A stretch of 63,383 nt of DNA, counting the filler, from Nitrospinota bacterium (GTDB lineage: Bacteria; JAUXIQ01): the NCBI GenBank assembly GCA_030620925.1. It is 12 parts of 12 records of this genome, joined end to end, with 100 filler letters (N's around TTAATTAATTAA, not from the genome) between each part and the next. Parts side by side here need not be neighbours in the genome. Positions count along the whole stretch, not along the records: positions 7,240 to 10,558 come from JAUXIQ010000329.1; positions 10,659 to 16,893 come from JAUXIQ010000128.1; positions 16,994 to 24,488 come from JAUXIQ010000086.1; 9 more parts are not named here. One strand, 5' to 3'. Made by a program: the position numbers and the translations under genes. Numbering within the stretch: the first letter of the stretch is position 1; each line of letters starts with the position of its first letter. Below the pieces are notes generated by a model. The model made no database searches, was not told where the DNA came from, and saw only the letters and a list, made by a program, of their open reading frames with translations. Of this stretch, positions 9,588-20,087 are shown in pieces.

Positions 9588-10558
9588 CTAAAACACCAGC
9601 ATCTCCAGGAAAGCATCCATGCGGTTCTTTATCTGCCCTTCAGAATATTCGTTGGGGTCCGTCATGTTGGCCTCGAAGATGAGCACCGGTATGTCCAGCT
9701 CATCCTCCACCAGTTTCATCACGTCGACCCTGTTCATGGACAGGTTCTTGCACCCCCTGTTGGAGTGGCAGATGATGCCGTCCGCGCTGTAATCCCTGGC
9801 CATGTTTGAGTAGTATGTTACCTGGCTCTGAATATCCGCCCCCAGCGGGTTGAAGCAATAATGTTTGGCCACCTCGGTGAGCGCCTCACTCATGTTGGAG
9901 GGTTCGTTCCACTCCAGAAGCCGGTAGCTCTCCTCGTCGTAGCCGCACTGGTACTTTGTCTGCAATCCCCACATGGAGGTATAAGGAGAAATTACCAGCA
10001 CCACCCCCTGCCCCTCCAGGTAGTTCAGAAGGTCCAGGCTGTACCAGAGCGGCACGTTGTCCCACAGTATGCGCGCCTCTTCTTCGGCAACGGCGGCCAC
10101 GCTGCGATTCGCCCTGTCATCAAGCTCGTCCAGCAGACGGTTATAGAAGTCCACGGCGCGCTGTGTGCCTTTCAGGTCCACGGCGGGCACCATTAGGGTT
10201 AGCTGGCTCTTCATGTTGAGCAGGCTGGGCACTCGCTTGCAGTAGTCCAGCACTTTGTCCCACAGTTTCCGCGCCTCGTGGGATAGGATCGTTGCCTCCA
10301 CGAATAGCTCTTCGTTCAGCTTGCGGCCGGTGGCGCTCTCAAGGAAATCCACCAGGCCCTCTATCTGGGCCTGCATGTAATCGATGTGTTGCTGGCGGAC
10401 GCCCCGCTGCAACAAGGGCTGATCGATCACGTAGAAAGGTTTTTCGAAATGACGGCTCAATACCTCCCACCAGCTTATATGCGTGTTGCAGGCTTCCTTG
10501 GAGGATATGATGACGTCCGGCTCAGGCATTTCGCCCAGCGGGCCTTTGTTTATGAGAG
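9588..10558 (-). CDS. 2-hydroxyacyl-CoA dehydratase / benzoyl-CoA reductase B-C family subunit, 5'-truncated
   Basis: PEPD...ACNT, DGIICHSNRGCK, IPVLIFEANMTD...EGQIKNRMDAFLEM (HgdA/B-type C-terminus). Confidence 0.82.
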
Positions 10559-10658
10559 NNNNNNNNNNNNNNNNNNNNNNNNNNNNNNNNNNNNNNNNNN
10601 NNTTAATTAATTAANNNNNNNNNNNNNNNNNNNNNNNNNNNNNNNNNNNNNNNNNNNN

Positions 10659-10996
10659 ACTTCCTCGGCGATGGAAGGGAGCCCGTAGGGTTGTCCCTGC
10701 AGTTTGTCAAGCAGGCGGTTAAAGACCTTTTCCGTGCCCATCAGGAGCACGTCGGTATGATCCGCGCTGCCGTCAATGGTGCCTCTGTTGGTGGCCGCCT
10801 CACCGTCTGCGGCCAGCATTTCCTGCTTCAGGATATGGGCGGCGGCGGAACCCACCCCTTCCAGCTTTATCACTCTGAAGGTGGCCTTCTTGCACATAAG
10901 TTCTATGCCCCGCGGATGGACACCCATGCGTTCCATCTCGGCGCAGGCTTCCTGTGCGCTGTGAAAAAACTTCAGGGTGGGATTATGACCGGTCAT
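10659..10996 (-). CDS. folP: Dihydropteroate synthase N-terminal extension, 3'-truncated
   Basis: AHILKQEMLA...DVLLMGT...LQGQPYGL resembles the extension of long FolP proteins; follows ftsH-folE; catalytic domain not in view. Confidence 0.65.
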
Positions 10997-11045
10997 GGTT
11001 TATCCGTCGGATACTTCATTCGGAAAGCTCTTAGTCGCAGGCGAT

Positions 11046-11627
11046 TCAGGCTCCGGTGGTTATGAGGCTGAGCGCCTCCGCCCTGGTGGATTGCTGCCGC
11101 AACACCCCCCTCACTGCCGATGTCACCGCTTTTGAACCCGGTTTCCTGATACCCCTTATGGTCATACAAGTATGCTCTGCCTCCACCACCACCAGAACAC
11201 CTTGAGGTTTGAGCAGCCGCACAATGGTATCGGCTATCTCCGTGGTAAGCCTCTCTTGCATCTGCGGCCGGCGGGCCAGGGAATCCACCACCCGGGCCAG
11301 CTTGCTCAAGCCGGTGATGCGATTGTCTTTGGGAATGTAGGCCACGTTGGCCTTGCCCATAAAGGGCAGCAGATGGTGCTCGCAAAGGGAAGCAAAAAAG
11401 ATATCCTTCACGATGATCATCTCATCGTGCTCCTGGGTGTAAAAGAGTTTGAGCTCCTCGTCGGGTTCCTGGTTGGTGCCGCCCATTATATCCGCATACA
11501 TCTGGGCCACTCGCCTCGGTGTGTCTCTCAAACCTTCCCGATGGGGGTCTTCACCGACGGCTTCCAGTATCATGCCCACGGCGCGCTCGATCTTTTCCAG
11601 GTCTATCCGATCCTCAGGTCGCTCCAT
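11046..11627 (-). CDS. folE: GTP cyclohydrolase I
   Basis: [51 protein letters not shown]. Confidence 0.96.
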   Translation of the reverse strand: MERPEDRIDLEKIERAVGMILEAVGEDPHREGLRDTPRRVAQMYADIMGGTNQEPDEELKLFYTQEHDEMIIVKDIFFASLCEHHLLPFMGKANVAYIPKDNRITGLSKLARVVDSLARRPQMQERLTTEIADTIVRLLKPQGVLVVVEAEHTCMTIRGIRKPGSKAVTSAVRGVLRQQSTRAEALSLITTGA

Positions 11628-13452
11628 CCTTAACGATCTCGTCTATCTCCCCTGCGTCCAGCACTTCCTTCTCCAGGAGTGCGTCGGCGAGGGCGTAAAG
11701 ATTATCGATGTTCATCTGGAGCAAGCTTTTAGCCCGCTCGTAGCTATCAAACACCAGGTGTTTGACCTCCGTATCTATCTCTACGGCTGTCTCTTCGCTG
11801 TAATCCTGATGGCGGGCTATTTCCCGTCCCAGGAAAATAACTTCTTCCTTTTTACCGAAAGAGAGGGGGCCCATCTTTTCGCTCATACCCCACTCGCAGA
11901 CCATTTTACGCGCCAGCTCGGTCGCACGCTCTATGTCGTTGCCGGCTCCGGTGGTGGTATCCTTGAGAACCAGCTCCTCGGCCGCCCTGCCTCCCATAAG
12001 TACGGTCAGGTTATTCTGCAGAAATGTTCGATGGTAGTTATGTTTTTCGTCGATGGGAAGCTGCTGGGTTATACCCAGGGCGCGGCCCCGGGGTATGATG
12101 GAGACTTTGTGTATGGGGTCGGTCTCCGGCAGCAGTTTGGCCACCAGGGTGTGGCCCGCTTCATGGAAAGCTATATTTCTCTTCTCCTCATCGCTGATAA
12201 CCAGGCTGCGCCGTTCAGCGCCCATGAGCACCTTATCCTTGGCATACTCGAATTCGCTCATTTCCACTGTTTTTTTGTCTCTCCTGGCTGCAAGGAGAAC
12301 CGCCTCGTTGACCAGATTGGCCAGATCGGCGCCGGAAAAGCCGGGGGTGCCCCTGGCCAGTATGGAAAGGTCTACGTTGGGGGCCAGCGGAATACCTCTG
12401 GCGTGCACCTTGAGAATCCCCTCGCGGCCCTTTACGTCGGGCGAGGGCACCACCACCTGGCGGTCGAACCTGCCCGGCCTGAGCAGGGCGGGGTCCAGGA
12501 CGTCGGGCCTGTTGGTGGCCGCTACCAGGATAACCCCCTCGTTGGCCTCGAAGCCGTCCATTTCCACCAGCAATTGATTGAGCGTTTGTTCCCGCTCATC
12601 GTGTCCCCCTCCCAGACCGGCTCCGCGCAGACGCCCCACTGCATCTATCTCATCTATGAATATTATACAGGGGGCGTGTTTCTTGCCCTGGTCGAAAAGG
12701 TCTCTGACCCTGGAGGCACCCACTCCCACGAACATCTCAACAAAATCGGAGCCGCTTATGTTGAAGAAAGGCACGTCCGCCTCCCCGGCGATAGCCCTGG
12801 CCAACAGTGTCTTGCCGGTGCCGGGAGGCCCCATGAGGAGCACACCCTTGGGTATTTTACCGCCAAGCTTCTGGAACTTTTGAGGCTCCGTCAGGAAATC
12901 TATTATCTCGCTGAGTTCTTCTTTGGCCTCTTCGATGCCCGCCACATCCTTGAAGGTAACCTTTTTCTTGACGTCTGAGAGCATCCTGGCTTTGCTCTTG
13001 CCGAAAGAGAGCGCTTTGCTGCCTCCACTTTGCATCTGACGCATAAAGAATATCCAGATGCCCAGGAAGAAGAGCAAGGGCAGCCAGGTGATGAACGTAC
13101 TCATGTACCAGCTGGGCTTCTCCATCGGCTCGACCTTTATGCGCACGTCATACTGGCGGAGCATCTTTATGAGGTCAGGGTCTTCGGGGGCATACGTTTT
13201 GAACGCCAGTCTTCCGAAGTTATCATGATACTTACCGGAGATTCTCTCTCCTCTTATATTTACCTCAGCTATTCTCCTGGCCTCGACATCTGCTATGAAC
13301 TCTGTATAGTCAACCTCTTTTTCCTTGACCCCCGGCCGATTGAATATCTGGAACAGGGCCACCATTATGAGCCCCACCACCAACCATAGAGCCAGATTCT
13401 TGTAAATGGGATTCACTTCTCTATCCCCTTGTTTATCTCGTTTCTTAAACAT
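11614..13452 (-). CDS. ftsH: ATP-dependent zinc metalloprotease FtsH (true start possibly GTG at 13416)
   Basis: Two N-terminal TM segments, [19 protein letters not shown] zinc motif. Confidence 0.97.
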   Translation of the reverse strand: MFKKRDKQGDREVNPIYKNLALWLVVGLIMVALFQIFNRPGVKEKEVDYTEFIADVEARRIAEVNIRGERISGKYHDNFGRLAFKTYAPEDPDLIKMLRQYDVRIKVEPMEKPSWYMSTFITWLPLLFFLGIWIFFMRQMQSGGSKALSFGKSKARMLSDVKKKVTFKDVAGIEEAKEELSEIIDFLTEPQKFQKLGGKIPKGVLLMGPPGTGKTLLARAIAGEADVPFFNISGSDFVEMFVGVGASRVRDLFDQGKKHAPCIIFIDEIDAVGRLRGAGLGGGHDEREQTLNQLLVEMDGFEANEGVILVAATNRPDVLDPALLRPGRFDRQVVVPSPDVKGREGILKVHARGIPLAPNVDLSILARGTPGFSGADLANLVNEAVLLAARRDKKTVEMSEFEYAKDKVLMGAERRSLVISDEEKRNIAFHEAGHTLVAKLLPETDPIHKVSIIPRGRALGITQQLPIDEKHNYHRTFLQNNLTVLMGGRAAEELVLKDTTTGAGNDIERATELARKMVCEWGMSEKMGPLSFGKKEEVIFLGREIARHQDYSEETAVEIDTEVKHLVFDSYERAKSLLQMNIDNLYALADALLEKEVLDAGEIDEIVKDGAT

Positions 13453-13573
13453 ATTATCCTGTTTTGTTCGGGTTCCGCGCCTCCACCCTATCCACTAAAT
13501 TTAATAATAACACTGCGAAAACATTTATTTTAAATATATTTTCCCGTTTACAATACGATTCATTATATTCGAT

Positions 13574-14974
13574 TCAGTCGTTTTTTTCCACCCTCAACTG
13601 GAGAACCTGTCCGGTTTCAGGGTCGACTTTCACCCTTTCGGACACCCTGCCACCCACCACCCACAATATTCCGTCTTTATCCGCCACAAGGGGCAGGTCG
13701 TCCCTTTTTGAAGCGGGAACGCGCAGTTCGATGAGGTAATCCTTAAGTTTTTTGCTCCCCGAAAGTCCCAGCGGCGAGAACCTGTCTCCAGCGCGCCTGT
13801 TCCTTATAACCGGGGCACCGCAAAGCTTTCCGTAATCCATAGAGGCGGCATCGCCCCGGCCTGATGACAGATCGAAAGGGGGACTGCTCATTATTTTAGC
13901 AATAAATCTGATCCCCCAGGCGGGCACCGCGGTAACTCCCGGGACGTTGAGCCTTACATACTGTTCCCCCTTTTCCTTCTCAGCCCCCCTCCACAGGATC
14001 AGCCGGTCGAACTCCACCAGTGCTTCAAGGTCTCCCGCCAGGCGGAGGGATTTGCCCGACCTGCGCGATTCGAGCAGTGATTCGATTGCGTATATCTTGA
14101 CGCTGTCCATGCTGGTCGGCTCGGCGTCCATGCGCATCAATATATGTCTCAGGGCGCGCCTTCGGTACCCCGATGGAAGCCCCATGAGGGCCCCGATATC
14201 CACCTCCAGACGATCAGTAGAGCATTCCAGTGAGAGCTGAGGCATTAATTCCTCCACCCACCGCTCGACCGCCCGGTTCTCCTCCCTTATGATATCCCCC
14301 ATCGTAGCAAGCCCCTGCACCAGCCTGGGGTTATAATCTCTCTCCAGGAGGGGAATGAGCTCGAGGCGTATCTTGTTTCTCAGGTAGTTTGTCTTCAAGT
14401 TGGATGGGTCGTTTACGTATTGGACCCCCCTCTCACTCAGATACTTTTCCACCTCTCCCCGCTGTATCTCTATAATGGGGCGCACGTATACGCCTTCTCG
14501 CACAGGCGGTATGCCGGAAAGCCCCGCCGCCCCCGAACCCCGCAGCATGTTCATCAAAATGGTCTCCGCCTGGTCGTTGGCGTTGTGCCCCAGGGCTATT
14601 TTGTCGGCCCCCTGCTCCGCCGCCTTTTCCTTCAGGAAGGAATACCTCACCTCCCTGGCGGCTTGCTGAACGGACAATTTTTTGTTTTCACGCGCATATT
14701 CACTCACGTCGGCGCTGCCCGTAACGCATGGAACGCCCAGTCTCTCAGCCAGTGATACGGCGAACTCCGCCTCCCTCTCAGCCTCCGCTCCCCGGAGCAT
14801 GTGATTCAAATGGGCGGCGCACAGGCTGATGCCCAGCTCATCTCTAAGCTCCAGCAGTAAATGGAGGAGACAAACCGAATCGGCCCCTCCGGAAAGGGCC
14901 ACCATGGCCTTCTCCCCGGTGGCGAACATTCGATGTCTCTTAATCGTTTCCCTGACTTTTCTTATCACCGACAT
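13574..14974 (-). CDS. tilS: tRNA(Ile)-lysidine synthetase
   Basis: ALSGGADS, HLNHMLR, AREVRY, GHNANDQAET, DPSN...RNKIR; upstream of ftsH. Confidence 0.95.
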   Translation of the reverse strand: MSVIRKVRETIKRHRMFATGEKAMVALSGGADSVCLLHLLLELRDELGISLCAAHLNHMLRGAEAEREAEFAVSLAERLGVPCVTGSADVSEYARENKKLSVQQAAREVRYSFLKEKAAEQGADKIALGHNANDQAETILMNMLRGSGAAGLSGIPPVREGVYVRPIIEIQRGEVEKYLSERGVQYVNDPSNLKTNYLRNKIRLELIPLLERDYNPRLVQGLATMGDIIREENRAVERWVEELMPQLSLECSTDRLEVDIGALMGLPSGYRRRALRHILMRMDAEPTSMDSVKIYAIESLLESRRSGKSLRLAGDLEALVEFDRLILWRGAEKEKGEQYVRLNVPGVTAVPAWGIRFIAKIMSSPPFDLSSGRGDAASMDYGKLCGAPVIRNRRAGDRFSPLGLSGSKKLKDYLIELRVPASKRDDLPLVADKDGILWVVGGRVSERVKVDPETGQVLQLRVEKND

Positions 14975-15134
14975 GCAAATCCCTGCGGGCCGCGATGGAA
15001 AACTCATGCTTTCCACCCGAAACAGACGGGAAAAGAGGATACATAAGACGGGGAGGGATAAACCGATAATACGTCAGCACTGTACATGAAACGCAGGGTC
15101 TGTTCCTTGTAATGTAACTTGTAATGTAAGTTGA

Positions 15135-15211
15135 TGGTGGCGGTGGAGGGCTTCGAACCCCCGACTCTGCGGATATGAGCCGCATGCTCTAACCACCTGA
15201 GCTACACCGCC
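15135..15211 (-). tRNA. tRNA with CAT anticodon, most likely elongator tRNA-Met
   Basis: GGCGGTGTAGCTCAGGTGGTTAGAGCATGCGGCTCATATCCGCAGAGTCGGGGGTTCGAAGCCCTCCACCGCCACCA: 77-nt cloverleaf, GTTCGA T-loop, encoded CCA, paired G1:C72 (not initiator). Confidence 0.93.
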
Positions 15212-15367
15212 ACGCCTCTATAGATAAAGCCAGGCGGGGTATATTGTCAACCTTATAATCTCCGATAATCTCCGATCCGGGAGGGAAGCACTTTTTATCG
15301 CAGGTGAAAAGGCATGGACGGGGGAACCCGGCCGGAGAAAGACCATCCCCTACAAACATACCCACGC

Positions 15368-15550
15368 TCAACGCTCCCCGCCGCTATCTTCCTTGGCCCC
15401 TTCCCGTTGCTCGTCGATCTTAATGCTCAAGTCTCTCGTATACTCCTTGCAGTAGAGTGACGGGGAATCCTGGAATCGATATTTCAGCTTGCAGTCCCCG
15501 CGCCAGGCGCAAAGGGAGCAGTAAGACACGCCTTCCTTCTCCTGCACCAT
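15368..15550 (-). CDS. Small Cys-rich hypothetical protein
   Basis: 60 aa, CSLCAWRGDC...C; 3 nt downstream of udk on the same strand. Confidence 0.6.
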   Translation of the reverse strand: MVQEKEGVSYCSLCAWRGDCKLKYRFQDSPSLYCKEYTRDLSIKIDEQREGAKEDSGGER

Positions 15551-15553
15551 GCT

Positions 15554-16201
15554 TCACCCCGTCTCCATCAGGCTGTCTTTATATCCCCGGACTATATTCA
15601 TGATCGTGCCCCGGACTACCTCCACCACGGGTCCATCCAGACTATTTCCCGGCACTATGAGATGCGCGTATGACCTGCCAGGCAGAACGTATTTGAGATA
15701 CATGGGATGCACGGTCTTCTGATACTGCCCCAACACCGACTCGTAGCTCCTCCCCCGCTCTTCCACATCCCGCCTGAGCCGCCTTATGAGGCACTCCGTG
15801 TCGTCCCCTTCAATATATATTCTTAAATCCAGGAGGTCGCGCAGTTGAGGGGGGTGGAAGATGAGCAGCCCCTCCAGCAGCACCACTTTCCCCGGAATTA
15901 TCTCCTTCCGCTGGTCGGTGCGCTGGTGATTGTGGAAATCGTAAACGGGCTGCCTGACGGCGCGGCCGGCCCTCAGTTCCTCCAGGTGCTCCATAAGGAG
16001 AGGCAGATCGAACGCCTGCGGCTGGTCGAAATTCCTTACCTCCCTATCCTCCAGAGGTATATCTCCCAGATCGCGATAGTAGTCATCCTGCTGCAGGAGA
16101 GTCACATCAGCCGGAGAGAAACCGCTGCAGAGTTTTTTGGCGAAGAGCGTCTTACCGCAACAGGACCTTCCTGCCACCCCGATGGTGTAAACGGGCCCCA
16201 T
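15554..16201 (-). CDS. udk: Uridine kinase
   Basis: IGVAGRSCCGKT P-loop, QDDYY, NFDQPQAFD, RRLRRDVEERGR. Confidence 0.9.
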   Translation of the reverse strand: MGPVYTIGVAGRSCCGKTLFAKKLCSGFSPADVTLLQQDDYYRDLGDIPLEDREVRNFDQPQAFDLPLLMEHLEELRAGRAVRQPVYDFHNHQRTDQRKEIIPGKVVLLEGLLIFHPPQLRDLLDLRIYIEGDDTECLIRRLRRDVEERGRSYESVLGQYQKTVHPMYLKYVLPGRSYAHLIVPGNSLDGPVVEVVRGTIMNIVRGYKDSLMETG

Positions 16202-16893
16202 CTAATCCTCCTGCAACCTCTCCAGATGCTCCTTCACCTTTGAGACGAACCTGGCTTCTTCCTCTATGCCTCTGGCCAGCTCCAAATATCTCTGCCACTG
16301 ACTCACCGCGCCGTCCATATCCACCTTCTCAAACCCCTGGGCGAGGTTGTAGTTAACCTTCAGGTGCTCGGGATCAGACTCCAGCGCCTTCTCCCACTCC
16401 TCTACAGCCCTCTTATACTTGCCCTGCTCGAAGTATGTCAGGGCCATGTTATTCCTCGCCTGCAGATGGTAGGGTTTAATATCCAGCGCTTTAAGATACT
16501 CTTTTTCAGCCTTTACCGAGAGCCCTTCCTGGTAATAACTGTTGGCTATATTGTAATGGATGTCGGCTTTATCCTTGGCCAGCGGCAGGGCCTTCCGATA
16601 CTGGCTTATACCCTCCTCATACAATCCCTTGCTGAAATACTCATTGCCCGCTTCCATATAGCGCCTGGCCCGCTCATCCACATCTTTGACGGGTTCCGGG
16701 GGCGGAGTCGCAGATAGCAAGGGGCTGTAAATCCAGCCTTTGACACCTCCGGGAAGGCGTACGTTTGACCAACCCCACTCCTCCCTCAGAAGCTCCAGCC
16801 GCTGGCCCCTGGAGGCCGATCCGACCAGCGGATACTCCAGGCCGCTTCCCTCGCGCACATTAGCCGCGTCGACTGCTACATAGACGTCCGCGG
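16202..16893 (-). CDS. Exported SH3b + TPR protein (C-terminal part)
   Basis: ANVREGSGLEYP...GWSNV...KGWIY (SH3b) followed by several TPR repeats. Confidence 0.8.
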
Positions 16894-16993
16894 NNNNNNN
16901 NNNNNNNNNNNNNNNNNNNNNNNNNNNNNNNNNNNNNTTAATTAATTAANNNNNNNNNNNNNNNNNNNNNNNNNNNNNNNNNNNNNNNNNNNN

Positions 16994-17187
16994 GACCAAC
17001 CCCACTCCTCCCTCAGAAGCTCCAGCCGCTGGCCCCTGGAGGCCGATCCGACCAGCGGATACTCCAGGCCGCTTCCCTCGCGCACATTAGCCGCGTCGAC
17101 TGCTACATAGACGTCCGCGGCCATGGCGGTAGTCTGAGCCAAAAAGAGCGCAATCACCGCCATCAGGCTCAACGCAGTAATTTTCAC
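16994..17187 (-). CDS. N-terminal part (signal peptide + SH3b) of the same SH3b/TPR protein
   Basis: MKITALSLMAVIALFLAQTTAMA signal peptide; 16994-17120 identical to 16767-16893. Confidence 0.8.
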
Positions 17188-17234
17188 AATACCCCTCCGA
17201 CAGTTTATCTTTCCTGAATATTAATCCATTCAGA

Positions 17235-17672
17235 CTATTTGAAATCTTCCGGCCCTACACTGTAAGACCCTTCTATCGTGGAGACAGCCTTTTCTATCTC
17301 CCGCACGCCCTTTCCCACCGGGCACTTGACGAGGTGCCCCCTGCATCTGCAATCTGATGCGCCGAAGCGGGGAATGGGCGTTTCCCCTTCCAGGGTCTCC
17401 AGGATCAGCAGGCTCAACTCGCACTCGGTGAAGGTTTCAACAGAATATATAAATACTCTTTTAATTATGCCATATTGGAGGAGATAGTCAACGTGCCATC
17501 TCAATCTCTTATCTTTTCGGGCGTGTCTGGCCAGCCTTGCACGGAGGTTCCTGCGCGCGATTCCCGTGTAAACGTATAACCCTCCGGCCAGTCCAAAAGT
17601 TCCCAGCTTGCCGGGGGTAAGCAGGGTGCGCCCGGGAAGGGAAATCGCCAGTTGGTAAAGCCCTGAATCCAT
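17235..17672 (-). CDS. DUF123 / GIY-YIG-like nuclease family protein
   Basis: GLYQL...GLYVYTG...RLARH...RWHVDYL...EC...FGASDCRCRGHL. Confidence 0.8.
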   Translation of the reverse strand: MDSGLYQLAISLPGRTLLTPGKLGTFGLAGGLYVYTGIARRNLRARLARHARKDKRLRWHVDYLLQYGIIKRVFIYSVETFTECELSLLILETLEGETPIPRFGASDCRCRGHLVKCPVGKGVREIEKAVSTIEGSYSVGPEDFK

Positions 17673-17703
17673 GGCCGAAGTATTCGATAAGGCCCCTCTG
17701 GCA

Positions 17704-18405
17704 TCAGCGGGTTTTTCGCGCATAGAAAACGATACTCTTGGGAAACATACGGTTGAACAAGCGATCGAAGGATTTAAAAGAGTGCGAGGCTATAGTCCAA
17801 TCAAGGAACATCTTATACAATCGGGGGATAAGGGCCGATTCCCGGCGCAATCCGAAGATGCACCTGAGCATCCAGTAAGCCGTATGAAATGAGTGTTCGT
17901 GCCTCAAGGTTAAAATAGCCAGGGGCTGAGCCTTTAACATTCCGGCCAGTTCTTTTGCTTTATATTTTCTGATGTGTCCCCCGGGAGTATTGAAATATTC
18001 CGCGGAAAGAGTGCCGAAAAGGGCTTCAGAGAAAAACGTAGGGACGCTTATGGCCATCTCGCCGCCTTTCTTCAAAGCACGCACCAGTTCGCTCAATCCC
18101 CGCTGGTCGTCGGGGAGGTGTTCCAGGACCTCAGAGCAGACTATCTTGTGGAACGAGCCATCCTTGAAAGGCAAATGATGAACGTCTGCGATCAGCGCGG
18201 CGGATTGAGCTGATTTTTCTTTTTTGCCGTCCATAAGTGAAATGAAATATTTCACACGTAGCACGTCTTCCTCGAGGAGGTCCATGGCGATGACGAAGCA
18301 GGGCTCCTTGCAGAGGTGAAAGGTGTGCCGGCCTGTTCCGCACCCCGCATCCAGGACCCTCTCCCCATCATTCACCTTCAGCAGATTAAAGTTTATGGTA
18401 AGCAT
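17704..18405 (-). CDS. Class I SAM-dependent methyltransferase
   Basis: VLDAGCGTGRH, LPFKDGSF, SEVLEH, GGHIRKY. Confidence 0.88.
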   Translation of the reverse strand: MLTINFNLLKVNDGERVLDAGCGTGRHTFHLCKEPCFVIAMDLLEEDVLRVKYFISLMDGKKEKSAQSAALIADVHHLPFKDGSFHKIVCSEVLEHLPDDQRGLSELVRALKKGGEMAISVPTFFSEALFGTLSAEYFNTPGGHIRKYKAKELAGMLKAQPLAILTLRHEHSFHTAYWMLRCIFGLRRESALIPRLYKMFLDWTIASHSFKSFDRLFNRMFPKSIVFYARKTR

Positions 18406-19630
18406 TGATGGCTTCCCCGTATACTTTCACCGTCTCTTCAGCCGCCCGCGACCAGGAGAACTCCTCCTCTATTCTGCGTCGCCCCCTTTCGCTGAGCCTG
18501 CATCTGAGGGTCTCGTCGTCGAAGATGGATTGCACCGCCTCGGCTATGGCAACCGGTTTTTTGGGGGGAACGAGTATGGCCGCCCCGTCGTTTCCCACCA
18601 CCTCGGGCAGCGCACCGGCATCGGCGGCCACCACCGGCACCCCGCAGGACATTGCCTCCGCCGCCGGAAAGCCGAAACCCTCATACGTCGAGGGCACGAC
18701 GGCCACTGAAGCTCTGCGATATTCTTCAACCAGCTTCTGGTCATCGATGCCGCTCAGGAATTCCACCTGATGGCTGATGCCCAGGCTCTCCACTAATCTC
18801 CAGCTTCTACGGGGCTTCCTGTCAGCTCCGTTGACCACCGTCAGCCCCACGTTATCCCCCAGCATGCGCAGGGCCTCGGCCAGGTAGAGAAAACCTTTTT
18901 TGCGGTCGTCAGTGTTGCCCACGAAGATAAGCCTTTTATTCGAGTGGGGCCCATCGCCCCGCGCGGGGGAAAACTTTACGGTGTCCACCCCGTTGTAGAC
19001 CACCCTGATTGCGCCGCTATCAACCCTGAACACTTCGGCGATCTTTTCCGCCGAACTGTGGGATACGGCGATCACCCTATCCACGTAACCCGCCACCACG
19101 TGCTGCATGATCACAGGGTAGTAGATTATCCTCTTGAACTTTTCCCTGAACCGTCCGGCCTGGCACAGGTGTTCCTCCCTGTCTATGGACAGTGGATGAT
19201 GGATGGTGGCTACCAGCGGGATGCCCAGCCCTCTCATCAGAAGAAGACCATAGCCCAGTGACTGGTTATCGTGCACCACGTCGAAGCGGTATCGCTTGAG
19301 GAGAGTCTTCAAGAGCAGGTACGCCCTGATGCTGAAGGTAAACATTTCGGGGAGTACGCCCACCCTGGTGGCGGCGAATTCCAGGAAGTTCAGTGGCGAT
19401 AGCAGGGTCGATGCGGGGTATTCAGCCAGTTCCGCCGTCGGCACACCATACATATTGAGGTTATCCACCACGTGCAAGTGTACCCCGTCGGGTTTGCCGG
19501 GCAGAGGCGGGCCGGCCAAAATGTGGACCTCATGTCCCAGTTCCACCAGGGCCTTGCTCAGGTTATATATGTATATCCCCTGACCCCCGCAATACATATT
19601 GCCCCTGTAGCTGAGCAGACAGATTCTCAC
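18386..19630 (-). CDS. Glycosyltransferase family 4 (GT-B)
   Basis: RICLLSYRG..CGGQGIY, HDNQSLGYG, VYNGVD, YEGFGFPAAEAMSCG; GTG start with AGGGAG RBS. Confidence 0.9.
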   Translation of the reverse strand: MRICLLSYRGNMYCGGQGIYIYNLSKALVELGHEVHILAGPPLPGKPDGVHLHVVDNLNMYGVPTAELAEYPASTLLSPLNFLEFAATRVGVLPEMFTFSIRAYLLLKTLLKRYRFDVVHDNQSLGYGLLLMRGLGIPLVATIHHPLSIDREEHLCQAGRFREKFKRIIYYPVIMQHVVAGYVDRVIAVSHSSAEKIAEVFRVDSGAIRVVYNGVDTVKFSPARGDGPHSNKRLIFVGNTDDRKKGFLYLAEALRMLGDNVGLTVVNGADRKPRRSWRLVESLGISHQVEFLSGIDDQKLVEEYRRASVAVVPSTYEGFGFPAAEAMSCGVPVVAADAGALPEVVGNDGAAILVPPKKPVAIAEAVQSIFDDETLRCRLSERGRRRIEEEFSWSRAAEETVKVYGEAINAYHKL

Positions 19631-19709
19631 ACGCCGACTCCCTGAAAGGATTGAAGCAGATGGGCAGGAAACCTTCCACAACATAGATAAGGGGGGGAGT
19701 AGAAACCCC

Positions 19710-19991
19710 CTAAGACTCGGAGGATTCTTCTTCCGTAACGTCGTCGGCTGCTTCTTCGGATTGCCCGGCGGGTGTCGACTCCAAAGTTTCCATAGAGGAA
19801 ACATCCGATTTTATGGTAACGATGGTCCAGCCTATCCAGAAGGCCAGGCCCAGCAGGGTCAGGAAACCTATGATGACCGGTATGGCCACCGCCCAGTAGT
19901 TCTGGTTTTTTATTCCCCAAATGAAAAATACTGCGGCAATCACCGTGCCGATGCATATCAGAAGGCCGTACGCTCTCGACTTATCCTGCAT
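19710..19991 (-). CDS. Small two-TM membrane protein with acidic tail
   Basis: Two hydrophobic segments; GAGGAG RBS before ATG 19991. Confidence 0.7.
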   Translation of the reverse strand: MQDKSRAYGLLICIGTVIAAVFFIWGIKNQNYWAVAIPVIIGFLTLLGLAFWIGWTIVTIKSDVSSMETLESTPAGQSEEAADDVTEEESSES

Positions 19992-20087
19992 TAGCTCCTC
20001 CCCAGAGGTTTCAAACAATCATTCACCTTCACCGCTCGTCGCCGATCGGATGGAGGCCGTAAAAGTTAAAAGAGGCGCTCATCTCGG

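Noticed and set aside
11449-12978. Long antisense ORFs (e.g. 373-1539, 11449-12978, 23159-24544, 26172-27347, 36225-37253, 62184-63233)
   Set aside because: They shadow well-supported genes on the opposite strand, as expected in GC-rich coding DNA, and have no recognisable motifs
16767-17120. Genuine gene duplication or direct repeat of a mobile element
   Set aside because: The copies end exactly at contig ends and are 127 nt long, best explained as assembler overlap
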